Shown piece by piece: positions 1-9,110 of a DNA stretch of 32,000 bases. The position numbers were made by a program, and so were the translations under genes. A model generated the notes under the pieces. The model saw only the letters and a list, made by a program, of their open reading frames with translations, had not been told where the DNA came from and searched no databases. This DNA comes from Buchnera aphidicola (Neophyllaphis podocarpi) (lineage in GTDB: Bacteria; Pseudomonadota; Gammaproteobacteria; Enterobacterales; Enterobacteriaceae): assembly GCF_964059055.1 (NCBI RefSeq), contig NZ_OZ060386.1, positions 120,001 through 152,000 of the forward strand. The letters run 5' to 3'. Within the stretch, counting starts at the first letter, position 1. Each line of letters opens with the position of its first letter.

Positions 1-1246
1 TACCTACATAAAACATACCTACTATTGTATCAATTTTATCAGCTATTGATATTGCAGATCCTATTTTATTGCTAGGGATTTTATCTTTAGAAAAACTAGG
101 ATAGTAATGTTCTTTAATAGCTAATGCTATTTCTTTTTTTTCTTTGTTATATAAAGCATATTGCATACCTGTAATACCTTGAGTTTCTGGAAATTCAAAT
201 ACCATGTTAGTTACTAGATCAAATTTTGATAATTTTGCTGTTTTTATAGTATCTTTTAGATTTATTTTTATATTTTTAGCGATCCATGATGATATTTTTA
301 TTATTCTTATAGTTTTATCATACATAGATCCTAATCTTTTATGAAACAATATGTTATTTAAATTATTAACATAATTTTTTAATTTTATTTTTAAATCTTC
401 TTTCAAAAATAATAATGCATCTATTAAACGAGATTTAATTACATTTTCATTATCTTTTACTATTTTTTCATTATTTGTAGATTTTATATCTATAACAAAT
501 ATAAAATAAGGCATAAGATTATTATTTTTATTATATACAGGAAAACATTTTTGATAGTTTTTTATTATACATACTAAAATTTCTTTAGGTATTTTTAAAA
601 ATTTCTCCTGAAAATTACCAACTAAAACAACCGGCCATTCTACTATTGATGTTATCTCTTCTAACAAATTATGATCTATTTTTATTTTTCCTTTTATATT
701 TTTTATTATTTTTTTTATTCCTCTTTTAATTATTTTTCTTCTAATTTTAGATTCAACTATTACATTGCCTTTTTTAATTAAAATATTAGGATATTCATCT
801 GTATTTTGAATTTTTATTTTATTTTTATTCATTAATACATGACCATTTACTGTATTTGTAGATTTTAGTCCAAATATTTTTGTTTTTATTATTTTTTTAT
901 TTAAACATATTAAAATATTACGAATTGGTCTAATAAATTTATATTTTCTACAATTCCAATACATTAATTTTGTTGTTTTTATGCTTATTAAAGATTTTTC
1001 TATTATTATTTTAATTTTTGATTCAATGTTATCTTCTTTTTTATTTTTATTTTTTTTTTTTATATTCTTTAATTTGATTGCTATTCTTCTAGGTGTTGCA
1101 AACCAATATAATTTATCAAATTTTATGTTATTTTTTCTTGAAAAAATTTTTATTTGTTCAACAAAAGATAATATAATTTTATTTAATTTTTTACCAGGGA
1201 GATCTTCAGTTCCAATTTCTATCAATAGTGTATTATTAATAACCAT
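1..1246 (-). CDS. glyS: Glycine--tRNA ligase beta subunit, N-terminal ~415 codons (3' end lies beyond the window start)
   Basis: Hand translation of the minus strand from ATG at 1246 gives MVINNTLLIEIGTEDLPGKKL...LYWFATPRRIAIKLKNIKKKNKNKKEDN...LMYWNCRKYKFIRPIRNILICLN. It is still open at the window edge (SAISIADKIDTIVGMFYVG). These match remembered E. coli GlyS motifs (FLVEIGTEELPPKAL, WFAAPRRLA, LMRWG..FVRPVH, IADKMDTLAGIFGIG). It lies 32 nt downstream of glyQ as in the glyQS operon. It is absent from the ORF track only because no stop falls inside the window. Confidence 0.9.
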   Translation of the reverse strand, partial: MVINNTLLIEIGTEDLPGKKLNKIILSFVEQIKIFSRKNNIKFDKLYWFATPRRIAIKLKNIKKKNKNKKEDNIESKIKIIIEKSLISIKTTKLMYWNCRKYKFIRPIRNILICLNKKIIKTKIFGLKSTNTVNGHVLMNKNKIKIQNTDEYPNILIKKGNVIVESKIRRKIIKRGIKKIIKNIKGKIKIDHNLLEEITSIVEWPVVLVGNFQEKFLKIPKEILVCIIKNYQKCFPVYNKNNNLMPYFIFVIDIKSTNNEKIVKDNENVIKSRLIDALLFLKEDLKIKLKNYVNNLNNILFHKRLGSMYDKTIRIIKISSWIAKNIKINLKDTIKTAKLSKFDLVTNMVFEFPETQGITGMQYALYNKEKKEIALAIKEHYYPSFSKDKIPSNKIGSAISIADKIDTIVGMFYVG

Positions 1247-1278
1247 TTTTTTTAACTCTTAAATTATTTGATTCAATA

Positions 1279-2151
1279 TTATGATTTTTTTATGTATGTT
1301 TTAGCTATTTTATTTGTTACATATCTTATTTCTAATATGTATTTTTGTCTTTCAGTTGTTGAAATAGCTTTTCTTGATTCTAATAAATTAAAATAGTGAC
1401 ATGCTTTTAGCATATTTTCGTACGCAGGAATCACCAATGGTTTTTCAATATTTATTATTCTTATAGATTCTTTTAAATATTTTTTAAATAATAGAGAAAT
1501 TAATTCGGTATCAGCTATTTTAAAATTATAATTTGATTGCTCTATTTCATTTTTATAAAATAAATCTTTGTATTTAACTATCTTAAATTGATTTTCATCC
1601 CAAATAATGTCAAAAATATTATTTATTTCTTGACTATACATTGCAATTCTTTCTATTCCATAAGTAATTTCTACACTTATTGGATTACAATCTAATCCTC
1701 CCATTTGTTGAAAATATGTAAATTGAGTAACCTCCATACCATTTATCCATATTTCCCATCCTATACCACACGCACCTAATGTAGGATTTTCCCAATTGTC
1801 TTCTATAAAACGAATATCATTTTTTTTTGTACTTATATTTAGTTTTTCTAGAGATTTTAAATATATATCTTTAATATTTTTTGGCGGAGGTTTAATTATT
1901 ACTTGAAATTGATAATATTGCTGTAATCTATTAATATTTTTTCCATATCTTCCATCTCTAGGTCTCCTAGATATTTGAGTATAAGCCAATAATGTATTAT
2001 TAGATCCAATTGCATTGAAGAATGTTGCAGGGTGAAAAGTACCTGCTCCTACTTGAATATCTATGGGTTGTATTATACTACATCCTTGTTTTTCCCAGTA
2101 TTTTTGTAAAATCATGATTAAATTTTGAACTGTTTTATATTTTTTTTTCAT
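1279..2151 (-). CDS. glyQ: Glycine--tRNA ligase alpha subunit
   Basis: 290-aa ORF. Strong identity to E. coli GlyQ (QGC.IIQP.D..VGAGT.HP, RRP.DGRYG.N.NRLQ.YYQFQV, FIEDNWENPTLGA.G.GWE.W.NGMEVTQFTYFQQ.GG). It lies directly upstream of glyS. Confidence 0.95.
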   Translation of the reverse strand: MKKKYKTVQNLIMILQKYWEKQGCSIIQPIDIQVGAGTFHPATFFNAIGSNNTLLAYTQISRRPRDGRYGKNINRLQQYYQFQVIIKPPPKNIKDIYLKSLEKLNISTKKNDIRFIEDNWENPTLGACGIGWEIWINGMEVTQFTYFQQMGGLDCNPISVEITYGIERIAMYSQEINNIFDIIWDENQFKIVKYKDLFYKNEIEQSNYNFKIADTELISLLFKKYLKESIRIINIEKPLVIPAYENMLKACHYFNLLESRKAISTTERQKYILEIRYVTNKIAKTYIKKS

Positions 2152-2315
2152 ATAAATATTTTTATATTTTATACTTTATTTGAATTATACTCTAAATAAT
2201 ATTTTTTTAAAGTTAATATATTATTTGAATATATTTAATTTATTAAATATTTTTATATATAATTAAATTAAATAATTTATAATATCTTATTAATTTTTAT
2301 TGGAGATAAAATATT

Positions 2316-3161
2316 ATGAAATATATCGGTGCTCATGTTAGTATTAGCGGTGGTTTGCATAAATCTGTATTAAATGCTAAAAAAATAGGCGCTACAACTT
2401 TTGCTTTATTTACAAAAAATCCTTTACAATGGAATAGTTTAGATATTTCAGATAAAGAAAAGAAAAATTTTATTAATTTATGTAAATTTTTCAATTTTAA
2501 CCTTAAAATGATTTTACCTCATTGTGGTTATTTAATTAATTTAGGTCATCCTGTAGATACATTACTTGAAAAGTCTAGATGTTCTTTTATCAATGAAATA
2601 ATTCGTTGTAAATCTATAGGCCTTTCTTTTTTAAATGTTCATCCAGGTAATCATCTTTATAAGATTACTGAGATAGATTGTTTAAAACGTATATCACATT
2701 CTATAAATATAGTCTTAGATAAAATTGAAAATTTTTCTATTATTTTAGAAAATACAGCAGGTCAGGGTAGTAGTGTAGGTTATTGTTTTGATCATTTAAA
2801 ATATATAATTGATAATATAGATTACAAAGATAGAATAGGTATTTGTATAGATACATGTCATGCATTTGCTTCAGGTTATGATTTAAGAACAAAAGAAAAA
2901 TGTAAAAAAACATTTGATTTATTTGATAAAATAGTTGGTTTAAACTATTTAAAAGCTTTTCACTTCAACGATTCTAAAAATAAATTTTTTAGTAATATCG
3001 ACCGTCATAATAATTTAGGCAAAGGTTATATAGGATCTGAAGCTTTTATATGGATCTTACAAAACATTTGTTTAAATAATATACCTATTATCTTAGAAAC
3101 TACGAATAAAGATATGTGGATAAAAGAAATAATTTGGTTAAAAAATAACTATAAATCATAA
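2316..3161 (+). CDS. nfo: Endonuclease IV (AP endonuclease)
   Basis: 281-aa ORF beginning MKYIGAHVS..GGL, identical to the E. coli Nfo N-terminus. Conserved motifs: LPH..YLINLGHP, NVHPG.H, ENTAGQGS, CIDTCHAFA.GYDLRT, DRH..LG.G.IG, ILET. GGAGA Shine-Dalgarno (SD) sequence about 8 nt upstream. Confidence 0.95.
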   Translation: MKYIGAHVSISGGLHKSVLNAKKIGATTFALFTKNPLQWNSLDISDKEKKNFINLCKFFNFNLKMILPHCGYLINLGHPVDTLLEKSRCSFINEIIRCKSIGLSFLNVHPGNHLYKITEIDCLKRISHSINIVLDKIENFSIILENTAGQGSSVGYCFDHLKYIIDNIDYKDRIGICIDTCHAFASGYDLRTKEKCKKTFDLFDKIVGLNYLKAFHFNDSKNKFFSNIDRHNNLGKGYIGSEAFIWILQNICLNNIPIILETTNKDMWIKEIIWLKNNYKS

Positions 3162-3244
3162 CTTATAATTAAATTAATTTTATTTACTTAATAATCATGT
3201 TATATTAAAAATAAATATTTTATTCATATAAGAGATATAAAATA

Positions 3245-3535
3245 ATGATTTCTTTTATCGCTGAACAACGTATTAAAATTGGTACTAGATATAGTCGTAA
3301 TTTGCGTAGATTAAATAAGTTACCAGCTATAATTTATGGTGATAATCAAAAAAAATCCATCCCAATATTTATAAATAATAATGATATTAAAAATATTCAA
3401 TTTGAATCTAATTTTTATAATAATAAAATATCAATTAAATTAGATGATTATATTTATATTGTAAAAATTCATGCTGTACAAAAACATGCATTTAAACTTC
3501 AACTAATACATATAGATTTTTTAATTTGCTCATGA
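3245..3535 (+). CDS. rplY: 50S ribosomal protein L25
   Basis: 96-aa ORF. The N-terminus ...RNLRRLNKLPAIIYG matches E. coli L25 (SRRLRAANKFPAIIYG). The size is close to the 94-aa E. coli protein. TGA stop. Confidence 0.88.
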   Translation: MISFIAEQRIKIGTRYSRNLRRLNKLPAIIYGDNQKKSIPIFINNNDIKNIQFESNFYNNKISIKLDDYIYIVKIHAVQKHAFKLQLIHIDFLICS

Positions 3536-3538
3536 TTT

Positions 3539-4303
3539 TTAAATTAAAATATTATATAAAATTTTTCCAAAAATTAACATTTGTGGATTAGATTTTATAT
3601 TTATAATTCCGATTATAGATAATATGATGCTTATTGGAGTTATACATCTTAAAATATTTAATAATATAGATAATTTTTTGTTTTTTGTATCTTTTTCTAT
3701 TTTCCACCATTTCCATGTTAACCATATGCTTAACCAAGAAATAATAATCACAATTATTAGAGTCCATTTAAACATATAATTTTGTGAATTATAATTTGGT
3801 AAATTTACTGTAATAATTGTAAAGATACCTGGCATAAAATATAATGGAGGCCATAAAATACATCCTATGATACTTGGTAAAATAAACCTTTTAATTGGTA
3901 GTTTTAACATTCCTGCTATCATAGGTATAACTGGTCTAGTAGGTCCGATAAATCTTCCTGTAATTATAGTTATCATACTATGTTTATGTATTGCATCTAT
4001 AGTTTTTTTTATTAATATTTCATATTTTTTTAAAAAATTAAATTTTGTAATTCTGGCTTTAAATTTCCATCCTATATAATAAGACATCCAATCTCCAATA
4101 AAACATCCTATTGTAGATGCTGTCCATGCTTGATAGAAACTTATATTACCATTTCCAATTAATGTTCCTAAACCAGCCATCATAATTATACCTGGTATTA
4201 ATAATCCTACTATAGCTAGTGATTCTAAGAAAGATACAATTATTATTGTAAATATCGAGTAAAATAGTGATTTTTTTGCTATGTATAATAACCAATATTC
4301 CAT
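3539..4303 (-). CDS. yabI: DedA-family inner membrane protein (YabI homolog)
   Basis: 254-aa polytopic ORF, the same length as E. coli YabI, with colinear motifs (FLESLA.VGL..PG...MAGLG.LIG.G..SF, GDW.S...GW.FK, H.HSM.TI..GRF.GPTRP..PM.AGML.LP..RF..P.IIGC.LWPP.YF.PGI). Confidence 0.85.
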   Translation of the reverse strand: MEYWLLYIAKKSLFYSIFTIIIVSFLESLAIVGLLIPGIIMMAGLGTLIGNGNISFYQAWTASTIGCFIGDWMSYYIGWKFKARITKFNFLKKYEILIKKTIDAIHKHSMITIITGRFIGPTRPVIPMIAGMLKLPIKRFILPSIIGCILWPPLYFMPGIFTIITVNLPNYNSQNYMFKWTLIIVIIISWLSIWLTWKWWKIEKDTKNKKLSILLNILRCITPISIILSIIGIINIKSNPQMLIFGKILYNILI

Positions 4304-4516
4304 ATATTTATTCTACTTTTTAAAATTAATATTAAAATTAGTTTTTGTATTAAAATTATTTTTTACTTAATAAATTTATATGTTTTGTTTTTTATATTTT
4401 TAAAAATATTAAAATTTATTAAATATATATAAATAATTTATTTTGTGAAATAATATTAATACATTAAATATTATAAAAATTATTATTTATAATAATTTTT
4501 TAAAAATTTTTATATA

Positions 4517-6847
4517 ATGAAAAAAAATATAATTATTTTTATTATTATTAATATATTATTAATAGTAATAAGTAAAGATCTTTTTGCTGAAATTATTAAA
4601 CAGGGAGATTTATTAAAAATTTCTACTGATTTTTTTGCTAACATAGATAAAAAATCTAATTTACCATTATTGACTATAAAATCAAATTTTTTAAGAATGT
4701 TAGATAAATATCATATAATTTTTTATCCAAAAGTTTATATAAGATATAAAGATATTTTAATTTTATCTGATAAAGCTTATTTAATTAAAACACATAAGTT
4801 TTATAATAAAAAGTTGTTTAATTTATTAAATATTCCATATTTGTTTTATTATAAAGATAATCAAATAATTTTTCATGGTGAGAAAGGAATAATAGATTTA
4901 TTTAATCAATATGTAAAAGTTTATTATGCAAATTATAAGATTATTGATACTAATTTAATAGGAAGTGCTAAAAATATTTTTTTAAATAGAAATAATAAAA
5001 ATATTATTATTGATGATGGCTTTATTACTTTTTATAATTATAAAAATATTTTTCGTATTTTTGGTACTAAGATAATCAAGTATGGCGATAAATCTTTTAT
5101 TGATATTTTTAATGCTAAATTTTATATAAATAATTTTCTTGTATTTTATATTCCTTATTTAAAGATACATATAAATAAAAATAATAAAAAAATAAATATT
5201 CCTTATATAAGTTATTTTAAAAAAAATATTATAAAACAAATAGATTTTATTTATTTTTTAGATCAAATTAAAAATATAAAATTATATAGTGCTTCTAATT
5301 ATTTATTTGGTAGAGGTTTGGATTTAAAAAATAAATTAAATTATTTCAATTCATTAAATAACTTATCTTTAGAGATAAATCATTTAATTTCTAAAAAACA
5401 GAAAATATATTATACTAATTTCAATAATATCAAGTTAAATTTAAATTATTTAAATATTTATTTTAATCATTGGAATTATAATTTTTACTTAAATTATTTA
5501 GGTTCTCCTATAAATATATTTTCTAAAAATATTAAATATATAAAATTTAATCAAAGTTATTTAATACAGAAAATGCATATATTTTATGTCAATAAAAATC
5601 TTACAATGAACTTGTCTTTTTTAAATAATGATTTTTTTTATACTAAAAATTTTAATAATTTATATCAGTTTTTTCCTAAATTTAGTTTATTTTATTACAG
5701 TAATTTTTTAGGTCCTTTTCATCTTAATTTATATTTTCGATTAACAAAGTTTAAAAATATTAATTTTAGTCAATTTTATAATGAACATTTATATTTTAAT
5801 TCAAAAATTAAATTCAATATTTTAAATTATGTGTATGGTTATTTAAATGGTTTTATATCTAATGGATTATTTTTTTATCATACAAAAAATTTATATCATC
5901 ACAATAACTATTTACTTACTAAAAATTTTCATATAATTCCATTATTCAATTTGAATGGTAAAATAATATTTTATAAAAATATTCCTTTTTATAAAAATGA
6001 TAATCAGTATATAGAAATTTCAGGTACATATATTTATTTACCTTTAATTATTAAAAATTTTTTCAACTCTTATCATAATTTTTTTTTAAAACACAATGAT
6101 AGTTTATTAAAAAATTTTAGTTTTTCAAACTTTAAAAGAATTATTTTTAATCATCAGTTTTTATCTATTTTGAATTATAAATTGTCTAATAATTATATTG
6201 ATTTTTTATCTTTTTCTATTGGAAAATTGTATTATTTATCATTTTTAAACCAAAACATCAATTTATATCAAAATATATTTTTTAAATCAGTATTGTTTAG
6301 TAATATTAAAATTAAACTTTACAAATCTATTATATTGGAAAATGAGATAAATTATAATTTATTTTTAGATGAAGTTTTTCAGGATAATTTTTATTTAGAT
6401 TATTTTTTTAGAAATAATAAATTTATAAAATTAAAATATAGATTTATAAATCAGGAATATGCAAAAATGCTTTTTATTTATAATAATAAAAATATTTTTT
6501 TTAAAAAAAGTTATAAAAAAAACTTTAATAATAAAGATATATCTTATTTTTGTTTTTTCTCTAACTGGAAAATTAATAACCATTTATTATTAAAGACTAA
6601 ATCTAGTTATGATATTTTTAAATTTAAGTTTATTGATAATTTAATTAGTATTGAGTATAATTCTGATTTTTATATAATTAAATTGAATTTTATTAGACAT
6701 ATAACTAAATTATCAAAGCAAAATAATTTTAGATATGATAATAAATTATCTTTTAATGTAAATTTAGTAAAATTAAATAGAAATAATTTGTTAAATTTAA
6801 TAAATTTTTTTAAAAATCAATTAAATATTTATACAATATTTAAATAA
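4517..6847 (+). CDS. lptD: LPS-assembly outer membrane protein LptD (Imp/OstA) homolog, highly diverged
   Basis: 776-aa ORF (E. coli LptD is 784 aa). N-terminal signal peptide [24 protein letters not shown]. It lies directly upstream of surA as in E. coli. By-eye anchors to E. coli LptD: [11 protein letters not shown] / [35 protein letters not shown] / [40 protein letters not shown] / VQYSSCCYAIRVGYERK. Confidence 0.8.
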   Translation: [776 protein letters not shown]

Positions 6848-6862
6848 TTGTTTGTAACATAC

Positions 6863-8125
6863 ATGTTAATCAAAATATTATTTTTTATAGTAATTTTATT
6901 TTTTTTCAATATAAATTTATTGTCTATTCAATTTAAAGATAGAGTTATTGCTATAGTTAATAATGAAGCTATATTACAAAGTGAATTAAATGAATCGATA
7001 TATTATGCCAAAAAACATTTAATTTATTTAAATAAAAAACAATATAATAAAATACAATTAAGAAATATTGTTATTAAAAATTTAATTACCGAGCATATTA
7101 TTTTACAAATATATCAAAAAATTAAATTAAATTTTTTATTTTATAAATTAAATTATTTGCTATATTTTATGAAACAAATTTATGATTTTAACAATGCAAA
7201 ATTAAATAATTATATATTTTATAATAAAAATTTTTTAAAATGTTACATTTTATATAATGTATTAAATTATCAAATAATTAAAGATATAGAAATATCTAAT
7301 CAAGATTTTTTAAATTTTGTAGATAAAAATTATAAAAATAATATTAAAGATATTGAAGTAAATTTTAAGTATATTTTAATACCTATTTCTAATAATATAA
7401 CAAATCAAGAACTAGATTTAAAAATTAAATTAGCCAAAGATATAATATATAGTATTAACCATAAATTAAATTTTAGTATTAAATATTCAAAAATTAATAA
7501 TATTAATTACTATATAAAAAATAATTCCAAAAAATGGGAATCAATAAAAAATATTCCTATACTTTTTTCGAGAGAATTTGATAACGTTAAATCCCAATTA
7601 GCTATAGGGCCAATTAAATCAGTTAATGAATTGTATATTTTGAAGATAGATGGTATTAGATTTTCTAAAAAAATATATTTTTTTAGTGAAATTAATGTAA
7701 ATTATTTAAAACATAAATTATCTATTTTTAACAATAAAGATTATTTAAATATTTTAAATATAAGACATATTATATTAAAGAATAAAAAATATAGTTTTTT
7801 ATATAATTTTACTGATCAAGATGAATTTTATAACATAAATAAAAAATATTTAACTGTTTATAATTTTAACTTATGTAATAGTTTTTTTAAAAACAAAATT
7901 ATTAGATTAAATAAAAACGAATTAAGTTACCCTTTTAGATATAAAAACTATTTGTATTTAATTAATTTTTTAAATTTTAGACATGTAAATGTTAATAACT
8001 TTTTTTATTTACATAATAACTATAATTATTTATTAAATCAAAAATTTAATATACAATTAATTAAATGGTTGAACAAACAATATAAAAATTCTTATATTAA
8101 AATATTACTAAATGATTATGAATAA
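6863..8125 (+). CDS. surA: Periplasmic chaperone SurA homolog (parvulin domains degraded)
   Basis: The ORF is open from TTG 6848, which abuts the lptD stop. I prefer ATG 6863, which yields the signal-like MLIKILFFIVILFFFNINLLS. Matches to E. coli SurA: DRVIAIVNNEAILQSEL / DKVAAVVNNGVVLESDV; EHIILQIYQK / DQIILQMGQK; NFKYILIP / NLSHILIP; IGPIKS..ELYILKIDGIR / VGPIRSGVGFHILKVNDLR; RHIILK / RHILLK; C-terminus NQKFNIQLIKWLNKQYKNSYIKIL / [24 protein letters not shown]. Confidence 0.8.
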   Translation: MLIKILFFIVILFFFNINLLSIQFKDRVIAIVNNEAILQSELNESIYYAKKHLIYLNKKQYNKIQLRNIVIKNLITEHIILQIYQKIKLNFLFYKLNYLLYFMKQIYDFNNAKLNNYIFYNKNFLKCYILYNVLNYQIIKDIEISNQDFLNFVDKNYKNNIKDIEVNFKYILIPISNNITNQELDLKIKLAKDIIYSINHKLNFSIKYSKINNINYYIKNNSKKWESIKNIPILFSREFDNVKSQLAIGPIKSVNELYILKIDGIRFSKKIYFFSEINVNYLKHKLSIFNNKDYLNILNIRHIILKNKKYSFLYNFTDQDEFYNINKKYLTVYNFNLCNSFFKNKIIRLNKNELSYPFRYKNYLYLINFLNFRHVNVNNFFYLHNNYNYLLNQKFNIQLIKWLNKQYKNSYIKILLNDYE

Positions 8126-9110
8126 TAAACGTATTATAATAACTTTAGGAGAACCAGCAGGTATAGGTCCTGATATTATTGTGATGTTATCCCAAAGATC
8201 TTGGCCTTTAGAATTAGTTGTATGTGCAGATCCTGCTTTGTTATTTTTTAAAGCAAAAAAATTAGGAATTAAATTAAATCTTATAGAATATAATTCAGAG
8301 TCCATACCTATTCCTCAAAAGAACAGCACTTTAAATATTATTCCAGTAAAAATGTTAGGTAAGTTTATTCCAGGTAAATTATGTGAATATAATAGTGAAT
8401 ATGTAATAAACACTATTAAAGAAGCTACTAATAGATGTATGAACAAAGAATTTTCCGCTCTTGTTACAGGTCCTGTTCACAAAGGTATTATTAATAAAGC
8501 AGGTATTAAATTTACAGGTCATACAGATTTTTTAGCAAAAATTACAAAATCATATAAAACTATTATGTTGATTGTTCATGATGATTTTAAGATTGCTTTT
8601 GCAACTAATCATATACCTATAAATAAAGTTTCTAAATATATTACTTATAGTTATTTATATAATACAATATTAATTATTAATAAAGATTTACAAAATAAAT
8701 TTAATATTCTTAATCCTCGTATATTAGTTTGTGGTTTAAATCCTCATGCTGGAGAAGATGGTTACTTAGGTAATGAAGAATTAAAAGTAATTATTCCTGT
8801 TATAAAAAAATTATCAAGTGATGGTTTAAGAGTATTAGGTCCTATTTCTGCTGATTCAGTATTTCAATCAAAATATTTGAATAATGCAGATGTAATTCTT
8901 GTTATGTATCATGATCAAGGTTTACCTGTTGTTAAATATAATAATATAGGAAATTCTGTCAATGTAACACTTGGCTTACCTTTTATTAGAACTTCTGTAG
9001 ATCATGGAACTGCATTGAATTTAATTAATAGTAATAATAATGAAATTAAAGTTAATAGTTTTGTTAAAGCTATTAATTTGGCTTTTGATATGAGCTGTAA
9101 TATTATATGA
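8112..9110 (+). CDS. pdxA: 4-hydroxythreonine-4-phosphate dehydrogenase
   Basis: 332-aa ORF. ITLGEPAGIGPDI matches E. coli PdxA ITPGEPAGIGPDL. Other motifs: VTGPVHKG.IN.AGI.FTGHTDF, CGLNPHAGE.GYLG.EE, HDQGLPV.K, VN.TLGLPFIRTSVDHGTA. It overlaps the surA 3' end by 14 nt. An alternative ATG lies at 8118. Confidence 0.92.
   Translation: MIMNNKRIIITLGEPAGIGPDIIVMLSQRSWPLELVVCADPALLFFKAKKLGIKLNLIEYNSESIPIPQKNSTLNIIPVKMLGKFIPGKLCEYNSEYVINTIKEATNRCMNKEFSALVTGPVHKGIINKAGIKFTGHTDFLAKITKSYKTIMLIVHDDFKIAFATNHIPINKVSKYITYSYLYNTILIINKDLQNKFNILNPRILVCGLNPHAGEDGYLGNEELKVIIPVIKKLSSDGLRVLGPISADSVFQSKYLNNADVILVMYHDQGLPVVKYNNIGNSVNVTLGLPFIRTSVDHGTALNLINSNNNEIKVNSFVKAINLAFDMSCNII

Noticed and set aside
1044-1063. 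An apparent in-frame TAA right after the poly(A) tract in glyS, which would have implied a frameshifted pseudogene.
   Set aside because: It was my own miscount of the run (13 instead of 12 A). With A12 the codons are ATA AAA AAA AAA AAT AAA AAT, and the frame continues into conserved GlyS blocks in the same phase as the ATG at 1246.
981-1262. A 93-aa + strand track ORF, rich in F/I/L (MLIKDFSIIILIFDS...FFFFIFFNL).
   Set aside because: It lies entirely antisense to the well-supported glyS frame. Its FFFF run is just the complement of the glyS A12/lysine tract. It has no SD and no homology signal.
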